The notes below the pieces were generated by a model. That model did not search any database. It was given only the letters and a program-made list of their open reading frames with translations, and was not told where the DNA came from. This document shows, piece after piece, positions 62,820-64,000 of a stretch of 64,000 bases of DNA. The translations under genes were made by a program, and so were the position numbers. The stretch's first letter is position 1; each line of letters opens with the position of its first letter. Source of the DNA: Mobula birostris (taxonomy: Eukaryota). The DNA is taken from contig NC_092375.1 of assembly GCF_030028105.1 (NCBI RefSeq), positions 37,237,130-37,301,129 of the forward strand, written 5' to 3'.

Positions 62820-64000
62820 CAGTCTTCTGAGTTTGAACTGCAGCCAAACAGTGAAGAGGATTCATTAGCTAAGGTAAAAAAAAAAGCAGGAGCAAGTGGA
62901 GAGGCCATTGTGTGAGTGGGGAGGCTTTGGCTCTTCAGACTTTGGCAAGATCAGGACTGGGGAGGGAAGTATCTAGTAAGTTTCTTTTTCTCTTCTTTAT
63001 TCTTCATCTGATAGGGCATAGTTAGAGCTGTGAGAAAGACTCCAGGGCCAGTGTTGTGTTCTTTGTGTAAGATGGGGGAGTACTGGGAGACCTACATCTT
63101 CCCAGATAGACACAAGCTGCATCTCCTTAGAGAACATGTTAAAGGACTGGACTTGCAGCATGATGGCCTTCAGCTCATATGGGAGACTGAGGAAGTGATA
63201 GATAGGAGCTACAGGAAGGTAGTTGCCCCTTGGCCACAGGGAGCAGGCAACTGGGTGACTAACAGGAGAGAAAAGAAAGGAAATGGGCAGCCAGTACAGA
63301 GTACCCCCTGTGGCTTCTCCCCTTTTGGATACTGTTGGGGGGGGGGGTGACTGACCAGGGGGAGCAGCAGCAACTCAGTCTCTGGTTCTGAGTCTGGCCC
63401 TGTGGCTCTGAAGAGAAGCGAAGTGAAGAGACTGTAATAGTGATTGGAGATTCCATAGTTAGAGTAAGAAAGACGAGATTCTGTAGATGCGTTAGAGACA
63501 TATGGATGGAATGTTGCCTCCCTGGTGCCAGAGTCAGGGATGGATCGGATCGAGTTCCTGGCATTCAAGAGGGGAAGGGTGAGCAGCCAGAATTCTTGGT
63601 ATGTACCGGGACCAATGACATAAAGAGGTCCTAAAGAGAGATTTTAGGAAGCTAAGTAGAGAGCTGAGAAGCAGGACCGCTGTGGAAGTAGTCTCTGAAT
63701 TGCTGCCTGTGCCACACACTAGTGAGGGTAAGAGGATCGTTTGACAGATAAATGTGTGGCTGAGGAACTGGTGCAGGAAGCAGGCGTTAGGATTTCTGGA
63801 TCATTGGGATTTCTTCTGAGTTCAGGTGCAACCTGTACAAAGGGAACTGATTATACCTGAGTCCAAAGGGGACCAATATCCAGGACAGGATTGGACAGCA
63901 AGAGTTTTTCAGGAGGGCCTAAACTAATTTGGTAGGGGGATGGTAACTGGAATGATAGGGCTGAGGATGGAGTAGTTTGTTTCCCAAAGAGGAAGAAGTA
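62820..64000 (+). mobile_element. CR1 LINE 5' end with degenerate ORF1 (zinc-binding region and SGNH esterase), cut by the window edge
   Basis: VLCSLCKM, IGDSIVR, CLPGARVRD, and GTNDI motifs across frameshifts. Confidence 0.85.

Overview
Vertebrate genomic DNA, most likely from a cartilaginous fish (ray or shark); this is inferred from the repeat families, not proven. Most of the window is decayed or nested retroelements: many CR1 LINEs, Rex1/Babar- and RTE-type LINE fragments, one L1 ORF1 remnant, a truncated Gypsy element, a solo LTR and Penelope-like (GIY-YIG) elements whose pseudo-LTRs carry minimal hammerhead ribozymes. A Tigger/pogo DNA transposon with a large internal palindrome is also present. 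Most ORFs in the track are fragments or antisense shadows of these repeats. The one host gene I can reconstruct lies on the + strand at about 47.9-56.8 kb. Its exons are leader (GC-AG intron), a germline-joined VJ-type Ig domain, a C1-set Ig domain, a possible Cys-containing hinge mini-exon, a transmembrane exon and a cytoplasmic exon with an ITIM-like YxxL. Five exons join in frame into a 320-aa antigen-receptor-like but non-rearranging receptor; I found no RSS. Its family (SIRP-like, PRARP/VJ-C1-like or NKp30/CD28-related) cannot be fixed without a search. A repeat-poor island at about 12.2-17.9 kb has exon-like signals that I could not assemble into a gene. Repeat boundaries are approximate unless a TSD or terminus is quoted.
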